Origin: a virus
Direction: 5' to 3' (one strand)
DNA: 64,000 nucleotides
IMG/VR virus record: IMGVR_UViG_3300032003_000001
Coordinates: 1 to 64,000 of that record
Below, piece by piece: positions 44,428 to 53,290 of the stretch; the stretch's first letter is position 1; every line of letters starts with the position of its first letter. Made by a program: the position numbers and the translations under genes. Below the pieces are notes generated by a model, which searched no databases, was not told where the DNA came from, and saw only the letters and a list, made by a program, of their open reading frames with translations.

Positions 44428-44960
44428 GCGCCCAGGTTCAGGCCGTGTCCGCCTTGTGTCTGCTGGCCACGCTGGGTGGCGGAGTGCTGATGTGGGCGTG
44501 GTGGCCCACGCCGCGCCGGGTGCAGGAAGCCGAGGACGAGGCGAGGGCAAAGCGCACCAAGGCGATAGCCGCCGCCGCTGTCACCCTGCGCGAGGAGCGG
44601 GCCGCGCTCGCCGACACGTCGGTACCGGCGAACTACGCATCGGGGGAGTACCCGCTGGTGCCGCCGCCGAAGCACGCCGCGGTGGAGGTGTCCGCCGACG
44701 AGCCGGAGTACGTGGCCGAGCCCGTCGTGGAGCCGGCCGAGCCGGAGCCGGCACCCTCGGTGCCGTGGTGGGCGCAGCAGCCCACCGTTTACGACGAGGC
44801 CACCCCACTTTTCGCGGCCGGCACCTTCCCGGCACTTGAACGCCTGGAGTCGCACACGGACATCTGGGCGCGAGACGGGCTTCTGGAGCGGATCCGCCGC
44901 GACGAGTACGAGCAGGCCTGGCGCAATGACGACGCGCAGGCGGGGGTGGATGCAGCGTGA
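44424..44960 (+). CDS. membrane-anchored hypothetical protein
   Basis: 178 aa. N-terminal TM segment VSALCLLATLGGGVLMWAWW. ATGA overlap. Confidence 0.5.
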   Translation: MSAQVQAVSALCLLATLGGGVLMWAWWPTPRRVQEAEDEARAKRTKAIAAAAVTLREERAALADTSVPANYASGEYPLVPPPKHAAVEVSADEPEYVAEPVVEPAEPEPAPSVPWWAQQPTVYDEATPLFAAGTFPALERLESHTDIWARDGLLERIRRDEYEQAWRNDDAQAGVDAA

Positions 44961-45217
44961 GCGCCTATGACAACGATCCACGGGTCCGGCGATGGAGGGC
45001 CGACGTCCGGACTTTCGAGGGGCCGGACGGTACCCGCTACACGGTGAATCCGGACTTCCACGGCGATCGCCCTGATCTATGGGTGCTCGGACCCGCGACG
45101 TGCCCCGTCGAGGTTCAGCGGGACCACGCGGCGTACCTGGCGTGGGATGCAACGTTGCCGCGGTTCGACTCGCTGGATACGGCGATCGCCTCGGTGATCG
45201 GGGGGCCGCAGTTGTGA
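44957..45217 (+). CDS. hypothetical protein
   Basis: 86-aa track ORF. GTGA overlap. Confidence 0.45.
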   Translation: MSAYDNDPRVRRWRADVRTFEGPDGTRYTVNPDFHGDRPDLWVLGPATCPVEVQRDHAAYLAWDATLPRFDSLDTAIASVIGGPQL

Positions 45218-45417
45218 TCGAGAACCCCACGTACCAGTCCCCGTACTACGGCCTGGACAAAAAAGGCAACTACCGGACCTGGCCCTCATTCGCCGGACCG
45301 GAGCCCGAGGAGCAGATCCCTGGGTGGGCTGAACCGGTTACAGCCGAACCCCTTCCGGTGCTGGTTGAGCCCGGAGTCCGGCACGACCCGATGGAGGCAG
45401 GTGAGCCCGGTGAGTGA
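45214..45417 (+). CDS. hypothetical protein
   Basis: GTGA overlap, in the frame of track ORF 45079..45417. Confidence 0.4.
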   Translation: MIENPTYQSPYYGLDKKGNYRTWPSFAGPEPEEQIPGWAEPVTAEPLPVLVEPGVRHDPMEAGEPGE

Positions 45418-45661
45418 GTTGTTCCGGTACGAGTACCGAATCCTGGTCGCCGGCGAGTACCAGTGCTTCCTGCGTCTGCGCGACGTCGAAGAGGCCGCAG
45501 AGACGCTCGCTGCTGCCGGGGTGCAGACCCGGATCGAGATCCGCACCATCGAACCGCACCTGACCGACTGGGAGCCGCCGAACTTCAGGGACACCGTCGC
45601 CGGCCGTCTCGGCTATGAGCCGTTCCCCGGGTATGGGAAGGCGGGTGAGTCCGGTGAGTGA
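45410..45661 (+). CDS. hypothetical protein
   Basis: GTG inside a GGTGAGTGA junction. Begins VSELF. Confidence 0.45.
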   Translation: MSELFRYEYRILVAGEYQCFLRLRDVEEAAETLAAAGVQTRIEIRTIEPHLTDWEPPNFRDTVAGRLGYEPFPGYGKAGESGE

Positions 45662-46025
45662 GCTGGACCTGGACGCCATCAAGGCGGCCACAAGAGAGCT
45701 GGTCCTCATGGATGGCGAGGACCCGGCGTACACGCTGAAGCTCGGCGTTGTCGCATCATGCGTGCCGTTTCTGATCGCGGAGATCGAGCGGCTCCAACGC
45801 CTCGCCGGTGCCGATCCTTCCCCGTCGTCGTACGCGTACGAGAACGCCATGACCGCGCTTGCCGACGAGCGGGCGAAGGTCGGCGCACTGGTCGCCCTGC
45901 TCGCTGAGGTTCTGAGTAACTTCTATGAGTCGCGTGGAGACCTGACCGCAGTTCGTTCGGGCTGGGTCATGGCGGAGACGTTGCAGCGGTGGCGGTCTCA
46001 CCTGCGAGGTGAGAGCAGTGGATGA
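45654..46025 (+). CDS. hypothetical protein
   Basis: GTG inside a second GGTGAGTGA junction. Begins VSELD. Confidence 0.45.
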   Translation: MSELDLDAIKAATRELVLMDGEDPAYTLKLGVVASCVPFLIAEIERLQRLAGADPSPSSYAYENAMTALADERAKVGALVALLAEVLSNFYESRGDLTAVRSGWVMAETLQRWRSHLRGESSG

Positions 46026-46350
46026 GCAGTTGGCCGCGCTGGTGGCGCTGGTCGAGGCGGCACTGACCGAGTTGGGTGACACCCCGGACGAGGTCGCGCG
46101 GACCCTGCGCGGGGCCGGCATCCGGGGTCACAAGAGCGAGTGCGGGCTGTGCCCGGTGGCGCTGTGGCTGGCCCGCAAGGTTCCTGAGCTGCGCGGCCCG
46201 GGGGGCATGTTCCGGTGGGACGTCAACGCGGTCGGCATCGCCGACGCGCGCGGGGACTGGGTTGTGTGGATGCCGGAGCCGGTGTGCCAGTTCATCAGTC
46301 GGTTCGATTACGGAAATGCCTACGAGGATCTTGTGGTGGTGCCGTCATGA
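46009..46350 (+). CDS. hypothetical protein
   Basis: 113-aa track ORF. GTG 46018 is an alternative start. Confidence 0.45.
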   Translation: MRAVDEQLAALVALVEAALTELGDTPDEVARTLRGAGIRGHKSECGLCPVALWLARKVPELRGPGGMFRWDVNAVGIADARGDWVVWMPEPVCQFISRFDYGNAYEDLVVVPS

Positions 46351-46703
46351 GCGACTTCATCGGACCCCTGATCCTGATGGCCGGCGCCGTGGTGCTGCTG
46401 GTCTGGATCGCGGGCGAGTTGCTGCCCGCGTCGGGGCGGCTGTTCCGGACCCTGCGGGGCCGGGGCGAGGTCGACGTGCTCGACGTGGAACTCCGGGACC
46501 GCATCGACGGCGCCGAAGGCTCCCGCGCCAGGCAGTTCATCGACGGCATGTGGCAGTTGGTCGAGCCCCCCACGCCGCTCTACGACCAGGCCACCGAACC
46601 GGACTGGCCGGTCAACCTCCCGCTACGTCACCACCCGGATGGTGCGGTCGATGTGGACGGGCTTGTGGATGAGATCTACGCACATTTGGAGCAGCAGCGA
46701 TGA
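46347..46703 (+). CDS. membrane-anchored hypothetical protein
   Basis: ATGA overlap. N-terminal TM segment FIGPLILMAGAVVLLVWIAG. Confidence 0.45.
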   Translation: MSDFIGPLILMAGAVVLLVWIAGELLPASGRLFRTLRGRGEVDVLDVELRDRIDGAEGSRARQFIDGMWQLVEPPTPLYDQATEPDWPVNLPLRHHPDGAVDVDGLVDEIYAHLEQQR

Positions 46704-47065
46704 GTTCCGATTTGTTGCGCCGTGCAGCAGCCAAGCTGCGCGAGCACGTCCAAGACCTTCCCGCGCTCTGGCGCGGCAACGAATGGTTCCCGGTCTTCAC
46801 CGACAGCCTGACCGGGGTCCGTACCTGCTCGAAGGGCCACGCGGCCGACACCCAGTCGGACGCCTGTGACTGGTGTGACGACTTCGAGACGTACTCCGAG
46901 CCGAGCGCGGCCTACATCGCGCTGATGCAGCCGACGGTGGCGTTGGCATTGGCCGACGTCTTCGAAGCCCTGGCCGGCGCCATCACCACCGCGGGCGCGT
47001 GCCGGGACCAACGACTGGAAGCCGTGGCTTGTGCGGTGCTCCGCCTGGAGCGCGACCATGGCTGA
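46700..47065 (+). CDS. hypothetical protein
   Basis: 121-aa track ORF. ATGA overlap. Confidence 0.45.
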   Translation: MSSDLLRRAAAKLREHVQDLPALWRGNEWFPVFTDSLTGVRTCSKGHAADTQSDACDWCDDFETYSEPSAAYIALMQPTVALALADVFEALAGAITTAGACRDQRLEAVACAVLRLERDHG

Positions 47066-47558
47066 GCTGGCATTGAAGAGTGGCCACGTCGTTCTTCTCG
47101 ACGACGACGATCTTCCAACCGTCCTTGCGGCCGGATCCTGGTGGCTCAAGCGCGACGGCCGGACCCTCTACGCCAAGCGCACCGTCATCGTTCCAGGACC
47201 TCGCCGCCGCGACCGCGAAATTATGCTGCATTCTTTCCTGACGAATTGGCCCCTGGTCGACCACATCAACGGGAACGGTCTGGACAACCGTCGCGTCAAT
47301 CTTCGACGAGCCACTCGTCAACAGAACTCCGCGAACCGACATGCGGTCCTGAGCGCGTCGGGATTCAAGGGCGTCACGTTCCATCGCGAGACCAAACGCT
47401 GGCAGGCGGCCATCTGCCAGGCGGGGAAGTCGTACCATCTCGGCCTGCACGACACGGCCGAACAGGCCGCCCGGGCCTATGACGCCGCCGCAATCAAGCT
47501 CTTCGGTGAGTTCGCTCGGCCCAACTTTCCGGTGCTCCGTGAGGACGGTGAGTCCTGA
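47058..47558 (+). CDS. HNH endonuclease with AP2 DNA-binding domain (homing-endonuclease type)
   Basis: 166 aa. LVDHINGNGLDNRRVNLR (HNH_3-like), then GFKGVTFHRETKRWQAAI...LGLHDTAEQAARAYD (AP2). Confidence 0.8.
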   Translation: MAELALKSGHVVLLDDDDLPTVLAAGSWWLKRDGRTLYAKRTVIVPGPRRRDREIMLHSFLTNWPLVDHINGNGLDNRRVNLRRATRQQNSANRHAVLSASGFKGVTFHRETKRWQAAICQAGKSYHLGLHDTAEQAARAYDAAAIKLFGEFARPNFPVLREDGES

Positions 47559-47791
47559 TGGCCGCGCCGCCGGAGCAGCCCGAGGGCTTCCCTTACCGGT
47601 ACCACTTCGCCTACTACACCGGCGTGGCCGGCGGCTTCGGCTTCGGCAACCAGTCGGTGTCGCTGGCGCACCGCATCCGTTCCGAGGCGGACCTCCGACT
47701 CGTGGCCGATCTGATCCGTGAGGCCAACCCCGCCAACACGACGGTGGTCATCCTGTCCTGGCAGCGGTTCGAGGACGGTGAGTCCCGGTGA
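47558..47791 (+). CDS. hypothetical protein
   Basis: 77-aa track ORF. Confidence 0.45.
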   Translation: MAAPPEQPEGFPYRYHFAYYTGVAGGFGFGNQSVSLAHRIRSEADLRLVADLIREANPANTTVVILSWQRFEDGESR

Positions 47792-48306
47792 GCGCCCCTT
47801 ACCGCGAGCCGACGTACGTGTCGGACCTGCCCGAGGTCGACCGCAGCTATCCGGTGATCGTGGTGGAGACGCGCCGGTACGTGCTGTGGATCGAGGCTGA
47901 GACTCCGGCCGAGGCGGTCGAGCAGTTCGGCTGCGACCCGCACGACCCAGGTCGGGGGAGTCTGTACTGGTTCGACTACTCGGCCGAGGCGCCGGACCGG
48001 TGGGACTGGGCCGACATCGAGCGGTCCAACTCGGACGGGGACTGGTCCGGTACGGCGGCTGATGCGCATGTCCAGGCGTGGCGGAACCACCACGCCTACC
48101 TGCGGCAGAAGGCCGCGAAGGACGCGTGCGCAGCTGCCGGCCATCCGGTGCCCGAGGGGGCAACCGGCCCGTGGGCGTGGGCGGACTACTGCGGCACCTG
48201 CGGGTACATCGACCCGAGCGAGCGCACGACGCCCGACCACGCCGCCGCGGGCGGGGAGCCGAAGGCGACTACTCAAGAAGAATCTGATCTTGGCGGTGGG
48301 TCATGA
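47788..48306 (+). CDS. hypothetical protein
   Basis: 172-aa track ORF. GTGA overlap. Confidence 0.5.
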   Translation: MSAPYREPTYVSDLPEVDRSYPVIVVETRRYVLWIEAETPAEAVEQFGCDPHDPGRGSLYWFDYSAEAPDRWDWADIERSNSDGDWSGTAADAHVQAWRNHHAYLRQKAAKDACAAAGHPVPEGATGPWAWADYCGTCGYIDPSERTTPDHAAAGGEPKATTQEESDLGGGS

Positions 48307-48569
48307 CCGACCTGAAGCCCACCGAGCACCGCATCGAACTGGCCCGGGCTATCAAGGCCGGTGAGGTCATCGACCATGGCCATGTCAGGGGCATGGTGAC
48401 CTGGCAGAAGGGTCCTGCTAGTGAGGTTGTGGTTACGGGGAGGGTGGCTGAGTTCCGTCGGGCGGGCCTGTTGGAGGGTCCGGGCGCTCAGCCGGTCCGC
48501 CCGCCATATCCGGCGCGACTGAACGCTGCCGGCGAGTTGTGGCTGGCTGAGCACGGGGGTGCGTCGTGA
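48303..48569 (+). CDS. hypothetical protein
   Basis: 88-aa track ORF. ATGA overlap. Confidence 0.45.
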   Translation: MTDLKPTEHRIELARAIKAGEVIDHGHVRGMVTWQKGPASEVVVTGRVAEFRRAGLLEGPGAQPVRPPYPARLNAAGELWLAEHGGAS

Positions 48570-48982
48570 CGGGTTTCGCTGCGGCTTTTGTCGCCCTTTA
48601 CGCCGGTCACATGGTCGGGGACCACGTGGTCCAGACGGACCGGCAGGCGGCGAACAAGGCGGCCAAGGGCTGGACGGGTGGGCTGGCGATGGCCGGGCAT
48701 CTGGCCGGTTACGGCACGGCCCAGGCGGTGGCGTTCGCGCTGCTGGTGGTATCGGGCGTTCCGCTGGGCGTCGGTGCGGTTCTGGCCGGCCTGGTGTTCT
48801 CGGTCGCGACGCATGCGTTCATCGACCGCCGTTGGCCGGTGTTGTGTCTGTTGCGTGTGGTCGGCGCGCCGGGGTTCGCTGCGCTGCGGTCGGGTGGGCT
48901 GAACGGGGCTTATCTGGCTGATCAGGCGCTGCATGTCGGGTGTTTGTTCGTGGCGGCGCTGATCATCGGGGGGTTGTCGTGA
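48566..48982 (+). CDS. DUF3307-like polytopic membrane protein
   Basis: 138 aa. HMVGDHVVQTDRQAANKA...ATHAFIDRR pattern with several TM segments. Confidence 0.55.
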   Translation: MTGFAAAFVALYAGHMVGDHVVQTDRQAANKAAKGWTGGLAMAGHLAGYGTAQAVAFALLVVSGVPLGVGAVLAGLVFSVATHAFIDRRWPVLCLLRVVGAPGFAALRSGGLNGAYLADQALHVGCLFVAALIIGGLS

Positions 48983-50529
48983 CTCTGACGATTACGGACC
49001 TGTTCTGCGGCGCCGGCGGTTCCAGTTCGGGCGCCGAGTTGGTAGCTGGGGTGCAGGTGCGGATGGCGGCGAACCATTGGAAGCTCGCGGTGGATACGCA
49101 CAACGGGAACTTCCCGCACGCGGATCACGACGTGGCGGACATTTCGCAGGCGGACCCGCGCCGGTACCCACGCACGGACATCCTGTGGGCGAGCCCGGAG
49201 TGCACCAACCACAGCCAGGCCCGGGGTCGTAGGCGCGAGGATCAGCAGCCGGACCTGTTCGGCGAGGTGTTGCCGGACGAGGCCGCGGTCCGTTCGCGGT
49301 CGACGATGTTCGACGTCCTCCGTTTCGCCGAGATCCACCGGTACCGGGCGATCGTGGTGGAGAACGTGGTCGACGTCCGGGACTGGGTGCTGTGGCCGGC
49401 GTGGGCGCTGGGCCTGGCGAACCTCGGCTACCAGTTCGAGGTCGTGTACCTGAACAGCATGTTCGCCCGGGCGGCGGGCGCTCCGGCGCCGCAGAGCCGT
49501 GACCGGTTGTATGTGGTGGCGTGGCGGGCGAAGGACCGCCAGCCGGACCTCGCCCGGTGGACCCGCCCCGTGGCGGCGTGTAGCAGGTGTGGGGCGACCG
49601 GGCGGGCGACCCAGGCGTGGAAGCGCCCTGACCGGCCGCGCGGCCGGTACCGGGCGCAGTACGTGTGGCGTTGCTCGCGGGCGGCCTGCCACGCGGAGGT
49701 GCACCCGGGTGTGCTTCCGGCTGCGGTGGCGATCGACTGGGTGTTGCCGAGCGAGCGGATCGGAGGCCGGGCCCGGCCGCTGGCGGACAAGACGATCGCC
49801 CGGATCGAGGCGGGGCTCCGGCGGCACGCGTCCCGGCCGCTGCTGACCCCGGCCGGTGGCACCTGGAACGACGTCGCCGAGACGGTTGACCAGCCGTTCC
49901 GGACCCGTACGACGCGGGACACGGAGGCCCTGGTGGTTCCGGTCGAGGGCCGGGACGGGATCGCCGCCCGGTCGTCTGCCGACCCGCTGCGCACGCAGAC
50001 GGCCCGGCTTCAGGACGCGCTCGTGGTGCCGATGCGGGCCAACAACACCGCCAAGCGGGCCGGTGAGGCGCCGCTGGACACGGTGGCGGCGGCCGGCAAT
50101 CACCACGCGTTGGTGATGCGGAACATGACGGCGCGCGGCGACCAGGGGCAGATGAGCACGCCGGTCGGGGAGCCGTTCCGGACGATGCTGTCCGAGGGTC
50201 CGATGCAGTCGCTGGTCCGCTGGGACCACCTGCTGGTGCCGTACTACCGGACCGGGGTGGCCCGGCCGGTGACGGAGCCGACGGGTACGCAGACGACGAT
50301 CCAGTCGGAGGGGCTGCTCGGCCCGGCCGTGGCGGTGGAGGACTGCACGTTCCGGATGCTGGAGCCGCACGAGATCCAGGCGGCCATGGCGTTCGGCGCG
50401 GAGTACGTCGTGCTGGGCAACAAGCGGGAGCGGGTGCGGCAGCTCGGTAACGCGGTGACGCCGCCGGCCGCCCGGGACCTGATCGCCGCTGTGGTCGAGG
50501 CGCTCACCGGAGAGGCGGTGGCCTCGTGA
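48979..50529 (+). CDS. DNA (cytosine-5)-methyltransferase
   Basis: 516 aa. DLFCGAGG (motif I), SPECTNHS (IV), VVENV (VI), QLGNAVTPPAA (X). Long variable region. Confidence 0.9.
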   Translation: MTLTITDLFCGAGGSSSGAELVAGVQVRMAANHWKLAVDTHNGNFPHADHDVADISQADPRRYPRTDILWASPECTNHSQARGRRREDQQPDLFGEVLPDEAAVRSRSTMFDVLRFAEIHRYRAIVVENVVDVRDWVLWPAWALGLANLGYQFEVVYLNSMFARAAGAPAPQSRDRLYVVAWRAKDRQPDLARWTRPVAACSRCGATGRATQAWKRPDRPRGRYRAQYVWRCSRAACHAEVHPGVLPAAVAIDWVLPSERIGGRARPLADKTIARIEAGLRRHASRPLLTPAGGTWNDVAETVDQPFRTRTTRDTEALVVPVEGRDGIAARSSADPLRTQTARLQDALVVPMRANNTAKRAGEAPLDTVAAAGNHHALVMRNMTARGDQGQMSTPVGEPFRTMLSEGPMQSLVRWDHLLVPYYRTGVARPVTEPTGTQTTIQSEGLLGPAVAVEDCTFRMLEPHEIQAAMAFGAEYVVLGNKRERVRQLGNAVTPPAARDLIAAVVEALTGEAVAS

Positions 50530-51011
50530 AGCGCGGCGGCAACCTCAAGCGCACCGAGCTGAAACGCAAGACCCCGCTGCGGGCGAAGGCGAAGCTGTCC
50601 ACGAAGGTCGGGATCGCGCGCCGTAAGGCGCAGAGCGCGAAGCGCGACTCCCAAACTGGTCCTTCGAAGTTGGTCGTGGCCCTGGTCTTCGATCGTGACG
50701 GTGGCTGCTGCATCCGCTGCGGCACGCCGGCCCGCGGCGAGCGCGGCGTGGACTACTCGATCCACCATCGCGCCGGCCGGCAGATGGGCGGGACCAAGCG
50801 CGCGAGCGTGAACCTGCCGTCGAATCTCGTCACTACCTGCGGCAACGGGACTCAAGGGTGCCACGGCTGGATCGGCGCGAACGTCGCTGAGGCGCACCGC
50901 AAGGGCCTGCTGGTCCTGTCCTCGCTCGATCCGAAGACGGTCGTGCTCACCACCTGGTGGGGCGATGTCCTGCTGGATGACGAGGGCCGGTGGACGGAGG
51001 TCCCGTCATGA
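50526..51011 (+). CDS. HNH endonuclease
   Basis: 161 aa. CCIRCG...IHHRAGR...NLVTTCGNGTQGCHGWI. Confidence 0.7.
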   Translation: MKRGGNLKRTELKRKTPLRAKAKLSTKVGIARRKAQSAKRDSQTGPSKLVVALVFDRDGGCCIRCGTPARGERGVDYSIHHRAGRQMGGTKRASVNLPSNLVTTCGNGTQGCHGWIGANVAEAHRKGLLVLSSLDPKTVVLTTWWGDVLLDDEGRWTEVPS

Positions 51012-51439
51012 CGGACTTCGTGATCTTGTTGACCGCCTCGCGCTCGTGGGACAGGCCGGACGTGGTGGACGAGACGCTGCGGATCCTGGCGAACTCGGCG
51101 TGGGAGTCGGGCTACAGCTACGTGGTGGTGCGGCATGGCGCCTGCCCGCAGGGTGGTGACGCACACGCCGACGCCTGGGTTCGTCGCCAGCGGCACGAGG
51201 GTCTGGGTGTGCAGGCGGACCGGTGGCCGGCGGACTGGGCGGGGCTGGGTAAGCGGGCCGGCTATGTCCGGAACGTGGCGATGGTTCAGGCCGAGCCGAC
51301 CGCGGACGTGTGCGTCGCGTTCATCCGTGACCTGTCGAAGGGCGCGAGCAACTGCGCTGATCTGGCCGAGCGTGCCGGTATCCCGGTGCAGGTCATCGAC
51401 TACGACGACATCTCGGACGCTGCGGAGGTGTCCTCATGA
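51008..51439 (+). CDS. SLOG-fold DUF2493 (YspA-like) protein
   Basis: 143 aa. HGACPQGGDAHADAW...PADWAGLGKRAGYVRN...AFI..LSKGASNCADLAERAGIPV. Confidence 0.65.
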   Translation: MTDFVILLTASRSWDRPDVVDETLRILANSAWESGYSYVVVRHGACPQGGDAHADAWVRRQRHEGLGVQADRWPADWAGLGKRAGYVRNVAMVQAEPTADVCVAFIRDLSKGASNCADLAERAGIPVQVIDYDDISDAAEVSS

Positions 51440-51852
51440 CACTGATCAAGAAACTCGCCGATCAGGTACCAGGCCCATGGGACCTCGTGGTCGGTATCCC
51501 CCGGGGTGGCCTGATCGCCGCGGTGGCCCTGGCCTACGAGTTGAACGCACCACGCGTAGGTGCGTTCACGGCCGCCTACCGCCGCCGGCGGGCGTTGCCT
51601 CCGGTCGTGGGCCGGGAGTTGTGCGTGCCACTGGTCCGGGCCGCTGAACGGGTGCTGCTGGTCGAGGACGCCACGGCCACCGGGACGCTGATGGAACACG
51701 CGCGGGCGTGGATCGAGGACCGTGACGCCATCGTGGTCACCGCCTCCCTCTGGGTGCTGTCCTCAAGCCGATACCGGCCGGACTTCTGGGTGTCCGAGGT
51801 GGATGTCCTGCCGTCCGGTCGGGACTTGCTCGCCGCTGAGGTGTCCTCATGA
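51436..51852 (+). CDS. type I phosphoribosyltransferase
   Basis: 138 aa. VVGIPRGGLIAAVALAYEL and the PRPP motif VLLVEDATATGTL. Confidence 0.7.
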   Translation: MTLIKKLADQVPGPWDLVVGIPRGGLIAAVALAYELNAPRVGAFTAAYRRRRALPPVVGRELCVPLVRAAERVLLVEDATATGTLMEHARAWIEDRDAIVVTASLWVLSSSRYRPDFWVSEVDVLPSGRDLLAAEVSS

Positions 51853-52208
51853 CCGCCTACACCATCACCCCGGTAGCCCTGGAAGGGCTCGACGAGAAGC
51901 GGGCCGCGGTGGTCCACGGCCCGTCGTTGCGGGACTCGCTGACCCGGCAGGAGTTGGCCCGCCGTCTCGTCGCCCAGGCGGAGGAGCTGTTGCGGCTCCG
52001 TCGGCAGCTGGTGGTGGCGCAGGCCGCAGCCAGGCACATGGAGCGGCTACGCCTGCGGATGGATAACGAGGCAGCCCTACGGGTCCGGACGCAACGCCGG
52101 TTGGACCGCACGGCGGCTGCTCTGGCCGCTATCGCCGAGGCCCGACCTGAGGTTGCGGGTCTGGTTGATCGGGCTCGGGAAGAGATCTGGAGGGACGGGG
52201 ATGTCTGA
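51849..52208 (+). CDS. coiled-coil hypothetical protein
   Basis: 119-aa track ORF. ATGA overlap. Confidence 0.45.
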   Translation: MTAYTITPVALEGLDEKRAAVVHGPSLRDSLTRQELARRLVAQAEELLRLRRQLVVAQAAARHMERLRLRMDNEAALRVRTQRRLDRTAAALAAIAEARPEVAGLVDRAREEIWRDGDV

Positions 52209-53052
52209 GACCAGCATCGAGTGGACGCATCGCGCTGGGACGATCGGCGAGACGTGGAATCCGACGACCGGCTGTGACCGCATCTCGGCGGGCTGTGACA
52301 ACTGCTACGCGTTGAGCATGGCCCGCCGGCTCAAGGCGATGGGCTCGGCGAAGTACCAGACCGACGGGGATCCGCGTACGTCTGGGCCGGGGTTCGGGTT
52401 GGCCGTGCACGCGGACGCGTTGACGATTCCGCTGCGGTGGCGCAAGCCGCGGACCGTGTTCGTGAACAGCATGTCCGACCTGTTCCACGCCCGGGTGCCG
52501 CGCGAGTTCGTGGCCGACGTCTGGTCCGTCATGGCCGCGACCCCGCAGCACACGTACCAGATCCTCAGCAAGCGGCCGGAGCGGATGGCCCGGATCGTGT
52601 CGGCGGCCGACTTCCAGCGCAGGACGGAGCCGTGGCACGCCGTTGGCGATGACGTGGTGCCCATCCCCGTCTGGCCGCTGCCGGGCGTGTGGCTCGGCAC
52701 GAGCATCGAGTCGGAGGAGCACGTCGGGCGGGCCGACCACCTGCGGCGTACCCCGGCCGCCGTCCGGTTCATCTCCGCCGAGCCTTTGATCGGTGCGCTG
52801 TACGGGCTGGACCTGACCGGGATCGACTGGCTGATCATCGGCGGGGAATCCGGGCCGGGCTCGCGCCCGATGGATCTCGGCTGGGTACGGGACCTGATCG
52901 CGCTGGCCCGCCAGTCCGGTACCGCCGTGTTCGTGAAGCAGCTCGGCGCGGTCCTGTCCGGTGGCGGCAAGGGCACGGACTGGTCGAGGTGGCCGGGAGA
53001 CCTGCGGATCCGCGAGTACCCCGAGCCTTCCCGGGAGGTCTCAGGTGTCTAG
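52201..53052 (+). CDS. phage Gp37/Gp68 family (DUF5131) protein
   Basis: 283 aa. IEWTH...TWNPTTGCDRISAGCDNCYA...VFVNSMSDLFH...WLGTSIE...FISAEPL...IIGGESG. Confidence 0.7.
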   Translation: MSETSIEWTHRAGTIGETWNPTTGCDRISAGCDNCYALSMARRLKAMGSAKYQTDGDPRTSGPGFGLAVHADALTIPLRWRKPRTVFVNSMSDLFHARVPREFVADVWSVMAATPQHTYQILSKRPERMARIVSAADFQRRTEPWHAVGDDVVPIPVWPLPGVWLGTSIESEEHVGRADHLRRTPAAVRFISAEPLIGALYGLDLTGIDWLIIGGESGPGSRPMDLGWVRDLIALARQSGTAVFVKQLGAVLSGGGKGTDWSRWPGDLRIREYPEPSREVSGV

Positions 53053-53290
53053 GGACTGGCGTGCCTGGGCTGTGTGTAGGGGCACAGATCCGGAGGCCGC
53101 GTTCGTTGCGCCGACCACGCCCGAGTCGGCCGAGTTCGTGCAGAAGTGCTGCGCAAACTGCCCGGTGCTGGGGGAGTGCCTGACGTTGGCGTTGCGGGCT
53201 GAGCGGAACCTGTCCTCGGGGTCGGGTCGTTGGGGGGTGTTCGGCGGTGCTGGCGGAGCAGGTGGAGCACGGTACCCGTGCGGGGTATGA
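53045..53290 (+). CDS. WhiB-family protein (3' end uncertain)
   Basis: WAVCRG...KCCANCPVLGECL...RWGVFGG four-Cys pattern. GC3 collapses after about 53247. Confidence 0.7.
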   Translation: MSRDWRAWAVCRGTDPEAAFVAPTTPESAEFVQKCCANCPVLGECLTLALRAERNLSSGSGRWGVFGGAGGAGGARYPCGV

